Assembly (NCBI GenBank): GCA_905178155.1
Contig: CAJINV010000002.1
Span: forward strand, 3,849,838-3,913,837
Source: Amoebophrya sp. A120
Taxonomy: Eukaryota; Protista; Dinoflagellata
Length of the DNA stretch: 64,000 bases
Direction of reading: 5' to 3'
This document shows positions 38,201 through 50,200 of the stretch, piece by piece. Position 1 is the first letter of the stretch. Every line of letters begins with the position of its first letter. The position numbers were made by a program, and so were the translations under genes. The notes under the pieces were generated by a model. It searched no databases. It had not been told where the DNA came from and saw only the letters and a program-made list of their open reading frames with translations.

Positions 38201-38396
38201 AAGTGTAGTCCTGTTTGGGCTCCTTCCGGAGTTTCTCATGCAAATACTGCCGAGAGGCACAGCCTGGATTTGGTATTTTGCATGACAAATGAGAGGGAGG
38301 GGGAGTTGTGCACTGTCATAGGTGAAGAGCTTTCTCTATAAGGTACGTACCTATTTTCTCAGGATCGTAGTTTCATCTCTACTCCTGCTGTTATGA
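32219..38396 (+). CDS. Hypothetical membrane-anchored protein (single N-proximal TM); 15 introners plus 1 GT-AG intron; 3' end uncertain
   Basis: MSSSGAAGGHPNNK...RRWIDYLLVAGLVIFATGILLDFCL...; continuous frame after element removal; possible further GT donor at 38343. Confidence 0.7.
32316..32600. mobile_element. Introner family C
   Basis: DR cgagc/cgagc. Confidence 0.9.
32669..32898. mobile_element. Introner family B (opposite orientation to 50672)
   Basis: DR cacgg/cactg. Confidence 0.85.
33369..33625. mobile_element. Introner family A (opposite orientation to 16112)
   Basis: DR tcttt/tcctt. Confidence 0.85.
33676..33940. mobile_element. Introner family A
   Basis: DR cctgg/cctgg. Confidence 0.9.
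34066..34281. mobile_element. Introner family B
   Basis: DR gtttc/gtttc. Confidence 0.9.
34331..34640. mobile_element. Introner family G (TIR TATGGAAGCGTCAGGATCGAAATCGACAAAGTTG)
   Basis: DR actac/gctac. Confidence 0.85.
34783..34999. mobile_element. Introner, F-like
   Basis: DR ttcaa/tttag; sister of 46444. Confidence 0.8.
35043..35317. mobile_element. Introner family A
   Basis: DR ggagc/ggagc. Confidence 0.9.
36034..36300. mobile_element. Introner family A
   Basis: DR tctcg/tctcg. Confidence 0.9.
36375..36660. mobile_element. Introner family C
   Basis: DR cgtga/cgtga. Confidence 0.9.
36729..36990. mobile_element. Introner family A
   Basis: DR gtaca/gtaca. Confidence 0.9.
37034..37245. 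mobile_element. Introner, F-like (reverse copy of 53670)
   Basis: DR tgcac/tgcac. Confidence 0.9.
37278..37458 (+). other. Probable canonical GT-AG intron
   Basis: gag|gtataa...aataaacag|tct restores the frame. Confidence 0.65.
37532..37805. mobile_element. Introner family A, divergent
   Basis: DR tgcgg/cctgg. Confidence 0.75.
37864..38023. mobile_element. Introner family E, divergent
   Basis: DR aggcc/agctc. Confidence 0.7.
38099..38320. mobile_element. Introner family B
   Basis: DR ggtga/ggtga. Confidence 0.9.
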
Positions 38397-39124
38397 AGCT
38401 GTCTACAAATAAGTAGAAAGAGAACTACGCATTGTTATGGCATGACAATGAAACACTCTCAAGCTGTTCAAGATTGATTTTCTCCAAAACATCAGACGCG
38501 CAAGGACCTGGACCTGTCCAGTCGCTTCAACCTGGGTTGGTTCTACGTGCTGTGGCCCGATTATCCTGGCGAAGAATACAATTGTACGTCTACTTATTTT
38601 TACCCAAAGAATAAGAAACACGGTTGTGACGGATCATGTGGGTGCAGCTTAGTAACCGAAAAAAAGTCAGGTGCTGTCGTGTTTGTCATGCGGCTTGATG
38701 ACAGACTGTGCAGGTGCATTATCGTGTGAAGAAGCTTGCTGTCTTCACCTTCCGCCTGCCCCGGCAAAAATGAAAGGCGCTGTTTTCTGGTGACAATATT
38801 AAATGATGTACAAAAAATTTCCTGTCCATACCGTTGCGGACAACCCAGAATTTTATCAGGCGTGCGAACGGGCAGGGCGAAATCTGGCCGCCATCACGAT
38901 AAAATATCACAAAACGGTACTACTAGGAAAGATGGGAATTGTTTTCGGCGTTTTATTTTTACCGCGTAGCTGTTGTTGATGCATGTTCATGTAGTACCTA
39001 ACGTTCTATTGTGTTCTTGTCATCGATCCCATTTCTTGCTGGTACGTCGCGGCGACTGCAGTGACTAGAAGGCTTAGTGGTTGTGGCGCTAAGGAGACAT
39101 CAGTAAATCAACTGTAAGCACAAA

Positions 39125-40352
39125 ATGCAACCTGTCCAGGTTGCTAAATACCCGCACCTGATTCCGCTGTCCACCCTCCGGCTGCAGTTTCCCGAGCACG
39201 TGCGCTCGAATGAGAAGGCGGTTTCGGCCACGTTCAAGGGCTTTCTGGTGCAACTAAAAAACCACTACCCGGAGTCCCTCACGGCGAAAGTTCCGGCGCC
39301 CAAGCGCGTCGAAGTGCGCACGGTGACGGAGGTTCACGGCGACAACGCGGAGGATTCCAGCGCCGGAAAGCGACTTAGTGAAGCGGAACTGTACGAGAAA
39401 GCTGTCCGGAAAGTGCTGGAGCTAGATTCCATCGACAGTGCAAGCAACGCCTTTCTCCAACCCGCAGGCGCGGCGGGCGGACGGAGTAGTGCTTCATCTG
39501 CGGCCCACCACCTCGGGGACGAGGAGGGGACCAGCAGTGGCGAAGCCGGTGACGCTGCAGCCGTCCTATCAAATGTAAAAATGTCTACTGGGTCTGGAAG
39601 AATACAAGATTTGTCATGCATGTTTCATATGACCCATGATGCTTGAGATGCATGACCTAGCATCGCAGACATTTAGAGGGCTTCCTGATGCACCTGCCGC
39701 ATGAGAAATGCCCTGTCCGGGTAGCACAAACTGCACCCCTCTTGCTGGTCATGCAATACAAATTTTTTTACCGTCCAAGAACAGCATGACAAGTTGCATT
39801 CTTCCAGACCCAGACATTTTTACATTTGATACGTCCGCACCGGGCACGAAAGCGTGACACAGTTGGGGGACATATCGTGAGTAAAAAAGTCTCCACACCA
39901 GAGTCAAGATGGGAAATCTGCTAGACAAATGAAAAAGCTTTGGTTGTTTCGCATGACAAGCCTTTCCCCGTAAAGTGCAGTCCTGCTTAGCTAGTTCCGA
40001 AGCATCACAGATCTAGCCCAGCATGCTCATTCGAGCATCACAAATTACAAAACACGACTAGAAAATGGCCCTCATGGGGCGTCGCATGAGAAACTTTTTT
40101 GGCATGCAGATTTGCATGACAGCTCTGGGGAGGTGGGGACGTTTTTACTCAGAATAGGACACGGCGTTTACGAACTCGGGCGACGGGAGTCGGTACGCCG
40201 AGGCCAGCGAGGAGCCAGACACCATTGAGCCGGCCAGCGACGAAGCGGTGCTCGGTTCTTCATCTCCTGCGAAAGAAGAGCGGGAGAAAAAGGATTCGGT
40301 CACGTCGTACTCCGAGCGTCCATTGGGGAAACGCAGCCATCGCCACCGGTAG
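39125..40352 (+). CDS. Hypothetical protein (about 222 aa); 2 introners
   Basis: Exons 39125-39566, 39837-39872, 40162-40352 total 669 nt ending TAG. Confidence 0.7.
39567..39831. mobile_element. Introner family A
   Basis: DR cgtcc/cgtcc. Confidence 0.9.
39873..40156. mobile_element. Introner family C
   Basis: DR ggaca/ggaca. Confidence 0.9.
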
Positions 40353-41744
40353 AAGTGGGAGGAAAGGAGTTTTTGGCAATTATGGGAGGTGACAGGAAAA
40401 TTAAGTACTATGTGTTTTACCATGGAGGATCATAGTACTCGTGCTCTTGTAAATAACCGCTTCTCCAGTGGTGAAGATTTTTATTAATGTACAATCAAAC
40501 GATAACGAAACGGAAACGCCGTGGTCGTAGTCTTCGTCATCGACTCGGCGTTGCTAGAATCTTTTATCTTTTACGCAAAATCACATAGAAGATACGCAAT
40601 ACGCAATTCCTAGAAATCAAGAAAAATATCAGATGCAAGAATGAACTCGAATCAAGATGAGAGAAGTGGAAATAGATGGTCTAGTTTTGTTTGCATGCAA
40701 AGCCTTCTGAAAGAATTAAATCCTGTATCAAATTTATGTTTCCGGCCGACACGGCTATTCTCGTTTTCTGTTACATATTGTACAAAATGTTTCTCGCTGA
40801 AGTCTCGGCTGTGTTGTACCTGTACACGAGACCAAGGAGCCGAAGTATTTGATTCGAACTAGTAGCGGAAATCGCGAAACGACCTGTGTACGCTGATGTC
40901 ACAACATCTTGATGCTGTGTTGGATACAAAAACGAACGCTGGATAAAAACGAAAAGAAAAGCCAGGAGGAGCAATCCTGTAGTCACGAGTGCAAAAATAA
41001 ACAAGTTCTTGCACTTAGAAATCTACGAATACACATTTTCAAACTGTTTTTGCTCCTCAGGCTGCTTATCCTGTTGCGCACACTGTGCCAAGTTTTTCCA
41101 CCCGTGCAGGTTCGCGACCACGATGCAGGAGCATCAACCGGATTTAGGAGAGACACAGGGCAATGAATTTTGAGATCTTCATGTCAGCGCACCTTATTTC
41201 CGGATCAGCATCTGACACAAAATGTGAAAACGAGAAACATGCGAATCTTGAGTATGAGTTCCCTTGCACAGGCGGCGACTTCGATGTGGTATTGAGACTG
41301 CAGATCACTACGTACGTACTATTTGGAATCCAAAAAAATTGAAAAGAAAAATGTGTTTTCTGTTGATGTTACTACGAAAGAACAACGACTCTGTAGTATG
41401 CTGTGTAAAAATTCATGGATTGATTCTGATAAATATGATGCACACATTGTTGACATTAAACTTAAACAGCGACAGCACATACCATGAATCCGGTGTAGGG
41501 AATATGAGAAAATAGGTAGACGAAGCAGATTTCAGGTTTTGAGAATCAGCCTCAAGAGGAGCTCCCGGTCCTGCTTCCGGCGTGTCAAAAAATTCGTTCT
41601 CTCCACCGGCGCCGTGGAGAGACAGGCGCACGCTGGTCGTACAGCGAGGACTGAGGACAAGTTTTTAGTGCCTCCATGTGCTACTTCTAGAATAAGTAGA
41701 ACTTCTTGACAAATAAACCACGACATAGATATCACTTGATAAAA

Positions 41745-42978
41745 ATGGACGGCGGCAAAAAGCCGGCCGGCGTGGTGAAGGGCGCCCTGAAGCTGAAGGG
41801 CGAGCTGCTGACCGACAAGAAGAAGAAGAAAAAGAAGGACAAAAAGGAGGACAAAGAGGACAAGGAAGAGTATGTGGAACTGAAAAAGGTGGACAACCGG
41901 GACTGGATGCGGACCACGCACTACGCCCAGGAGCAGTCGTTCACAACCCTGAAGGACCTGCAAGCGGACGAGGGCGACCTGATATGCATTGCAAAAGTGT
42001 CGTACTCGTATAAATGCATTACAAATTTCCGCAGCGTGAGAAATGAAATTTGTGATGCGGATTTAGCTTAAGAAAGAGTAGAGATTTGTAATGCATGATT
42101 GCAATACGAGTACGATACTTTTGCACAGCATACCTGACTGGCGAGGGAAACGTGCAGGCGGGGGACATGAAGTCGTCCGCTTCTTCGTCGTCAGCCGTTT
42201 ATGCAAGGAAAAAAGTGTTTAGAGTTACTACACATTGTGTTGCAGAACGTGCAAGACAGACAATCTCTCTCATGCGGAAAAGGCAACATGCGAGCCAGAG
42301 CCTCGTTTCATCCGTGTTCATTTCCCTTAGGATGTCTGCATTGCTGTTTTTCTGTGCAATGCAGAGCAAGTTTGTGGTGCTGAAGTTGCAACATCAAACG
42401 TGTAAAGAACTGTAAAACACTTTTTTCTTTGGATACCGTCGTCAAGTTGTCCACCATTATCAAGAAGGAGAACGAGCAGAACAACCCGCAGGGCAGCGGG
42501 AACGACCCGGCCAAGCAATTGCTGACCCGGGGACAGCCCCTGCTAACCGAGTCGCAGAAGTCCTTTCTGATCGCGCAAGAGAAGCGGATGGCGGAGCAGA
42601 CGGAGAAAGCGGTGAAGCTGACGCACCGGGAAAAGATGGACCGGTTCAATCGGCACTTGGGGGCGCTTATCCAGTGCAAATATGTCTGGGTCTGGAAAGA
42701 ACTTGTGATGCTACGTGGCGATGATTGAGCATACTCCTGAGAGCAGCCAAGCATGACAAATTTTCGGGACGACGGCGCTTCCTCATGTGTTTTGCGCATG
42801 AGAAACTGTCTGCGTTTTTGCATGACAAAGAATTCGGGCTTTTGTCGGTCACGCAAGACAGATTTTACAGGGGTGCAAGACAAGCAATACAGATTTACAA
42901 TTTTGCCAGACCCAGACATATTTGCATTTGATAGCGCTGTCCGAGCACTTCGACATCCCGCGTGTGGGACCGGGTTAA
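41745..42978 (+). CDS. FAM32A: FAM32A-like (DUF1754) spliceosomal step-II factor, about 188 aa; 3 introners
   Basis: N-terminal KGALKLKG...KKKKKK; C-terminal LTESQKSF...[28 protein letters not shown], completed only after removing element 42668-42933. Confidence 0.85.
41983..42132. mobile_element. Introner family E
   Basis: DR cctga/cctga. Confidence 0.9.
42200..42435. mobile_element. Introner, F-like
   Basis: DR ccgtt/ccgtc. Confidence 0.85.
42668..42933. mobile_element. Introner family A
   Basis: DR gcgct/gcgct; splits the conserved FAM32A motif. Confidence 0.95.
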
Positions 42979-44258
42979 AGAAAAGGACGAGCAGCGGGGA
43001 GACTACTTACAGTTTGGGATATTTGGGATTTCAATTTCTTTTGTATTTGTTTGAAGTTTATTGCAACCAAATTATTGCGGGAACGAGGACAAGTGCGACA
43101 ACGAGCTGTACCAGGATGAGTTTTAAACGACCACAGCAAGAACTAATTGAACCAGTTGGTCTTCTTGCTCTTGGTCAGACGAAACAGCACAGAGTTGTGT
43201 GACCTAGCTGCAATACAGATTTTGATCCTGAGCCCGAGAAACAAGTAGTTTTTAGCTGCCAAGGTGACTTGAGAAGACACCGTCATCTTCTATAACCGGA
43301 AAGATAGAAGTAGTTCCTTGTCCACCCCAGGTGGACGTAGGTAATATTACGAAAGCGACCTTTCACCTTTCAGCTTTGCCGCTCCTTGACGGGGCCGAGA
43401 TGAAGAAACGAAACTTTTATTGCCCGCCGGCTGTCTCTGATTTTCCGGATGTCTTTCGAAGAAAATTTTTTCTTTAGCGACCAGGTTGATGCCCACCGTG
43501 CGGTAGGGTCCTGTTGTCCTCTGGAAGGGGTCGAACATAATAGGGCTGCTGCAAGTCTACAAAAGTCTAGACTTACAGTTGCCCGTTTGCTTCAAGATGC
43601 TTACAAGATGCTTACAATTCTTCACCTCGGTTCTTCACGATTGTGTCGATATCGGTGATCCTCATATGATTCTTGAATACCATCTCATGTACGCCACACA
43701 GACGAACAAATATACTACTACTTCTCGGTTTGATATCTTGATCTTCCATTCGCGGGTTTATTTTTCGGTTGCAGTGAAATAATCATCGATAAAACTCGGC
43801 TTCTTTCTCTTGTCGCATCTTCAACAACGTCGGTTCAACTACCGATTCGGTTGATTTCGCAAAGATGCTATCGGACGCGGTTTTCAACTGTCTGCGCAGC
43901 GAAGTAGTCGGCGCGGTGAAGAAAACAATGTACTTAAAGTAGTTCTAGGCATGGTCTTCACCCTTAGATCAGCGTCGGTTCGTGTTGACAAGCTTGCCTA
44001 GTTCGGTGATGTTGCGGCTTTATTTAGCTAGAAACGCAAGCTCCGTTTACTATAAGAGGATGAAGTTGTGGTAGTGCTTAAAACTTGTTTTTCGTCTGTT
44101 AGTTTTTTTACTATGCAGTAGTTTTTCATCAGCTGTAGTTCGCAACATCAAAATACAGGCACTCATTCAAGAATTTATGACCCATTTTTCTTTTTGATTG
44201 ATTGATTTTGGTACTACCAACCCGACTTACCATCTCGAGGTTTTTCTCAATCGGGAAA

Positions 44259-47200
44259 ATGACAAATTACCTCCTTTTTCGCTACTCTGCCTTTCGAAAG
44301 AAAAGGCGCAAGAAAGTAATGTCGCTTCTTTTATTCTTTTCTTTCCCCTCGTTTACGTTTTCCATTTACATTTTCTCAACGTATTGTACTACACGACCTG
44401 TTGAAGCGGTTGTGTTCGGGCCAAGGCAATTAGACCGCGAGCAGAATTATAACCTAAATCTTGATCGTGATCTTGATGGTGAAACCAGCACCACCAGCGG
44501 GAAGGATGTGCTGGATGAAGCCACGACTTATGAGGTCACGGCAGACGAGCACCACGACCCGCAGAGGACTTCTACTTTCCCAGAACATGATGCGGCCATA
44601 GTAGAACAGAATGTTGATCTACTCCAGGACGGACAAAGTGTTGTCGTCGCACCGGAGAAGTTATCTGGTGGAAGCATTGAGGATGAGGAAGATGATGTTC
44701 TTGAGAAAACCTCTGAACAACGACCAAGTCGAAGAAGTATTTCTACGCCCTCCTCCGCATGGTCCGAGGTGGTCGCGGCCACGTCTACAACTTCGGAGCA
44801 ATCCGCAGCCAAAAGAACAAAAAAGTTCTTGCAGAAAAAGCGACAGGTTATCGCGAAACTGGAGCGGCAGGAAATTTTTCTCTTTCAACTGACCCCCGCG
44901 CTGGGAGGTGGAGAGGAACTGCGCGCACATGACAGCAGCAGGAAGAGCGACGGTGGAGTTGCATCAACAAGAATCATATCACGGTTTGACTACGAGATTG
45001 CGATGGCTGGGTTGCGGGGGAACGGGCTTACCTTGTCGGATCTTACCTATTCCTTCGTCATGAATGACCTGCCGGTGCAGGAAGTGCAAAAGGACGTGGA
45101 GTTGGACCTGCCGCAAGACCGCCGCGCGGTGTTTTCGGAGGCGGAGTGGTATGAAATGCAAAAATGTCTGGGTCTGGAAGGTTGCAACTTGTGATGCTGT
45201 CTTTGGAAGGTAAAAAAGATCTGTATTGCATGACCAGCACGAGGAGTTCAGTTTGTGCTACGTGGAGTGGGCGTTTCTCATGCGGAAAACGCATCAGAAG
45301 GCCCTTTAAAAATCTCTGATGCCAGGTCATGCATTACAGGCGTCGTGGGTTATGCAAAATATGCATGACAGTGACAAACCTGGCAATCTTCCAGACGCAG
45401 ACATTTTTGCACTTGATAAGTGGCTGGAGCTCGCGAAAACCGCTTGCGCCGAGAACGGGTTGGCGCTCCAGTACGTGTTCCCGTTGCACTATGGAAGCGT
45501 CAGGATGGAAATCATCAAAGTATGAAAAAATTTGTCATGCATAAAAATGGATGCCAGTTAGAGGCCCAATTTCCAAGCGGCGCATGACAAATTCTCCGAC
45601 CGCCGGAATCTAATTTGTCATGCTATTTGGGCAAAAGAGACTTCCTTTGTCGTGCTTTGTTTGGCAGCTCAGTATCCAACGACCCCAAACAGGCTAACAA
45701 TCGGCCTCACTTGCCTTGTCTGCAACACACGTATTTCGCGTCATGGATTTTATGCATGACAAATCATTTGTTCAACTTTGTCGATTTCGATCCTGACACA
45801 CCCATATGCACCTGCGGTCGAACCGCGACCTGGTGAGGAACTACTGCTTGCAACAGAACGGGCGCGCCCTGAAATACGCGTCGGCGGAGCTGCGGTCGGA
45901 TCGGGAGATTGTGCAGTACGCGGTCCAACGGGCCGGCACGGCGCTCGCGTTTGCTTCCTGGCACCTGCGACGGGACTTCGACACTGTGCTGCGTGCGGTG
46001 ATCCAGGACGAGCGGGCGGCTTACGCCATCGCGTTGGAGGAGATTGGAAACGAGTGGTCGACCTTCCTCTACCAAACCGAATTCTGGTATGGAGGCGTCA
46101 GAATCGAAATCGACAAAGTTGAACTGATTTGTCATGCATCAAACCGATACCATTTGGGAGCTCTATTTCCCAGCGGCGCATGACAAATTTTCCGAGAATC
46201 GGAATCCAATTTGTCATGCTGTTTGAGCATAGAGAAGTGCCTTTGTCATGCTACTTCAGCAGCCCTATGATCGCTATCCCCAAACAGGCTCAGAATCGGC
46301 CTCGCTTGCTATCCCTGCAAGACCACGACAGGTATCACAAATTATTTCAACCTTTTCGATTTCAGACCTGGCACTCTCATATCTGGTACAGCGACGAAGA
46401 AGACGAAGCGCACCGGTTCGGGATGGCGCAGCTCCAAGACTCCTATCCCAGAAAAAAAGTGTTACTTTTACACATTTGTTGGAATTTCAGATTCAGCATC
46501 ACAAATTTGCTCTGCTTGGCGAAGAAAACTTGTGATGCGCAGACTATAAGGGAAAACACGAATAGAATGAGGCTGGCAAGCGTTTCCTGCATGACAGAGT
46601 TTGTCTCTCTTGCTTGTCTTGCATGAGGGTGTGTAACTGTAACATTTTTTTCTCACGATAACTACGACCCCTTCCCCATTAACGAGGCACGGCAGGAGAA
46701 GGGCGCGCAGTTATCTTCATTAAAAACGTAGTACCCACATCAGAGTCAAGATGGGAAATCTGCTAGACAAATCACACGGCTTTGGGTGTTTGGCATGACA
46801 AGTTTGGCCTCGTAGTGTAGTCCTGTTTCGCTAGCTCAGAAGCATCGCAGATCTAGCACATCATGCGGATTCTAGCATCACAAATCCCAAGACACGAATA
46901 GAAAATGCTTCTCATAGGGCTCCGCATGAGAAACTTTTTTGGCATGCAGAATTGCATGACAGCTCTGGGGTGGGGACGTTTTTACTCAGAATAGCAGTTC
47001 TTGCGCATTCTGCTGCAGTTTCTGCGGGAGAAAACGTTGCAGGGACTTTGGCAACTCGAGAACCTCGGATTTCTATCGACTTTGCCACGAGGCTTACCGG
47101 AAGATGATGAAGATCCTGACTCTACTTCAGATAGAGAACCACTACCTGACAGCAAGACTACAGAAGACCACACCAACAAGAAGAAGATGAACACAGCAGG

Positions 47201-50200
47201 AGGTCCTGCTGCACCAGGAGTCGTAACAACAACAGCGACGCAAACGACTACTCACTGGAACAAACGATTTCGGAGCACGCAGTCTCTGAAGGAACAACTC
47301 GACTGGCTGATAGAGCGGTGGAGCGTTTCCCGGGAGGACTTCTATTCTCCCATCACGGCTCAGGAAGACGAAGCCGAGGATGCTGAACGAGATGGACCAC
47401 AGCCGGCCCCTGCTGGGCCAGGAAGTTCCACTTCTAATCCAGAGAAAATGAAATTGAAAGAGGTGGATGTCTCAGGAGAAAGTAGTAGTACGGTCTTAAT
47501 ACCGAGGATGAATGGCACGACTACTAGTGCAGCAGAGCAAGTGGACAATTTATCTACTACTCTCAGAAGACCACGAAGGGAAAAAATCGTAGGGAGAACA
47601 AATTCGAATGTGTCTAACCGAAACCACAAGTACCCACTGTATGACCACGAGTACTGGCGAATGGCTGTACGATCAGCACGAGACGACAGAAAAGATGAAA
47701 ACAGCAGCCACCTACTCCTCCCTGGGCAACTCCACCCAGTAGTAGACACGCACCCCTTTCGGGAATACCCTATCAGTGTGATCACGAAAGAAGAACTGCT
47801 TCTGTTGAAGATTGCCTTCGAGCGGCACGGCTGGAATCGGTACTTCGGGGACGTGGAGATGTCGCGCGGCTTCGGGCAGAAATCCACACAGGCGCCGGCA
47901 GTTATGGGACATCAACTACTCATCTCGAATGCTACATTGATTTAACATCCTTTGTCATGCAAAGTTAAGTAGCATCAGTTCAGCGGCTTCGTCGTCCACA
48001 AGATCAAAGACAAGTTCTCGACGCGCGTAATAGCATGGAATAAATCCGTATCCGTTCCAAATTTGTAAATGCGAGACGCGCGCCAGATGACACTTTCGCT
48101 TTCCCCTTTCACTACTTTTGCGAGTGGTCTTGCATCAACACAAAATAAAATTCTTGTATACGGCACTGTCAATGTAGTGATATCAGTTTGATGAGAACCA
48201 CTCCATATCAGTGACGAACCTTCGCAACGGGATGACGCAGTTGCACGACTTTTTGCAACAAGACAACTACGGGAAGCTGAGAACAAGTTCTACCCCACCC
48301 CGGGGAGATGAAAGTGATGCCGTCAGGACCAGAAGTACAACCACTGCAGGGAGGACAAAAAATTATCCTCTCCTCCAGCTTCCGGACCCCCGCGCGCACC
48401 CGGACACGGGGTTCTTTCACCCCGGGGGCGAGTTCACCGCGCTGGATCACTCTGGGAGCATCGGGAAGGCAGTAAGCATGACGGCCACGTTTCGCTGGAA
48501 TCTGGCGTTTTTGCTGAAATTGAAGAAATACTAAGTGCAAAAATGTCTGGGTCTGGAAGAACGCAACTTGTGATGCTGCATCTGGATTCCAAAAAAATCT
48601 GTATTGCATAGGTACCAAAGGGAATGTAATTTTTGCTACGCGGAGAGGGCATTTGTCATGCGGAATAGGCGTCAAGAAGCTGAAGCTCTCAAAAAATCTG
48701 TGACGCTAGGGCATGCATCGCAGACATCAGGGCTCATGCAAAACGTGCATGACAAGTGTCAGAATCTTCCAGACCACATTTTTACAGTTGATAAGAAAAG
48801 AAAAAGCACCACGATAGGTAGTAGCGCAACTACTTCAACATCTAGCACAAGATTTGCTCCTTCTTTAACCACCTCCTCAGCGCCTACGTCCTCCGCGGAA
48901 GCTCGAACAACTACCGCACAGACAACATCAGTCTCTGCGACGCAGCCCTTCCTTTGCGGGGAGTTTGTGTATACCCCAACCTACGAGGCCTTGCCCTCCG
49001 TGGTGGATATCCCACAGAAAAAAGCCGGCAGGTTTGTAATACAAAAATAAATACACAAAAAAACCTGTCTTGCATATGCTGAATAGCATGCTAGGGGGCC
49101 GCCCATGACAGATTTTCCTGTGTATTTATTTTTGCATTACAGATGTGACCTGCCTGCTTTTTTCTCTGGGATAGTGGAACCCTTCTACACGAAAAAGCTG
49201 GACCCGATCTTTGAGTTTCTGCAGTGGGAAAAGTTGTACGGTGAGAGCAGTACTACTATATCTGGTGGTCTACTTTCGAACAGTACTAGTTCAACATCTG
49301 TGTTCCCCGTGGCCCGCACCAACCCGGCGGATTTTGAACATGTTGCTGCTTTCTTTCAAGCTGGCCCTCTATCCCACGAAAAAACTGTTTCACTGTGATG
49401 ATTTTGCAAGATCTGCGTCACAAGTTTGTAACACATGACACACAAAATTTGCCATGCGCGCTCTCAAAGGGAAAACACGCTTGAAAATCCAATGTCTTGC
49501 AGGTGTAGCAAGACAAATGGTTCTGTGCTCCATTCTATGCATCACAAGTTCACAGCGAAACAGTTTTTTCTTGCGATACCCTCATGGTGTGATTTATTGT
49601 CCGGGAGAGGTTGTGCCGGGTGGAGCTGAAGCTACTTCTAGTACCCCTGCTGCTGCTGCTGAGGAGGCCTTCTACACGCCACCTGCAGAAGGTCTTCTCC
49701 GTGAAAAGAGCGACACAACGACGTCAAGCCTGCTTCAAGAAGAGGCCCTGTCCACCCGCCCGGAAGGCGGCGGGTTTAAAAATTCCTCGGATCAACATCT
49801 TTTGGAAGATGAAACATTACAACATGTTGACCCAGCAGCAGCGCCAGGTGTGGGGCTCGAGCAGGAACGAGAGGACGGTAGCTTTTCGTCACCAGAACAG
49901 GATGTTCACGCGGATCATCATGATCCCTTCAACCTGGAACTTTATCCCTACCTGTTCGCGACGGGGCCGCGCGGGCTGGAGCTGTTTTTCCTGCACAGCA
50001 TCGCACTTCCCTCCCGGCCCACGGTTCGCAACCTGCCGCGCATGGTAAAACAGTTCACGCTCAGCCAGGCGATGAAAGGGAAGTATTCCCGCGCCGAGTT
50101 GCGCGCCTCGGATGTGGAGCTAAATCAGCGGGAAGACGCGGCGAGCGGGGATCCGCACTTCGGGCAGTTTATGATCAGACGTGGTGAACAAGGCGAAGGG

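Noticed and set aside
5872-44258. Dinoflagellate spliced-leader relics, tRNA or rRNA genes
   Set aside because: No CCGTAGCCATTTTGGCTCAAG-like match or cloverleaf/rRNA signature seen by eye
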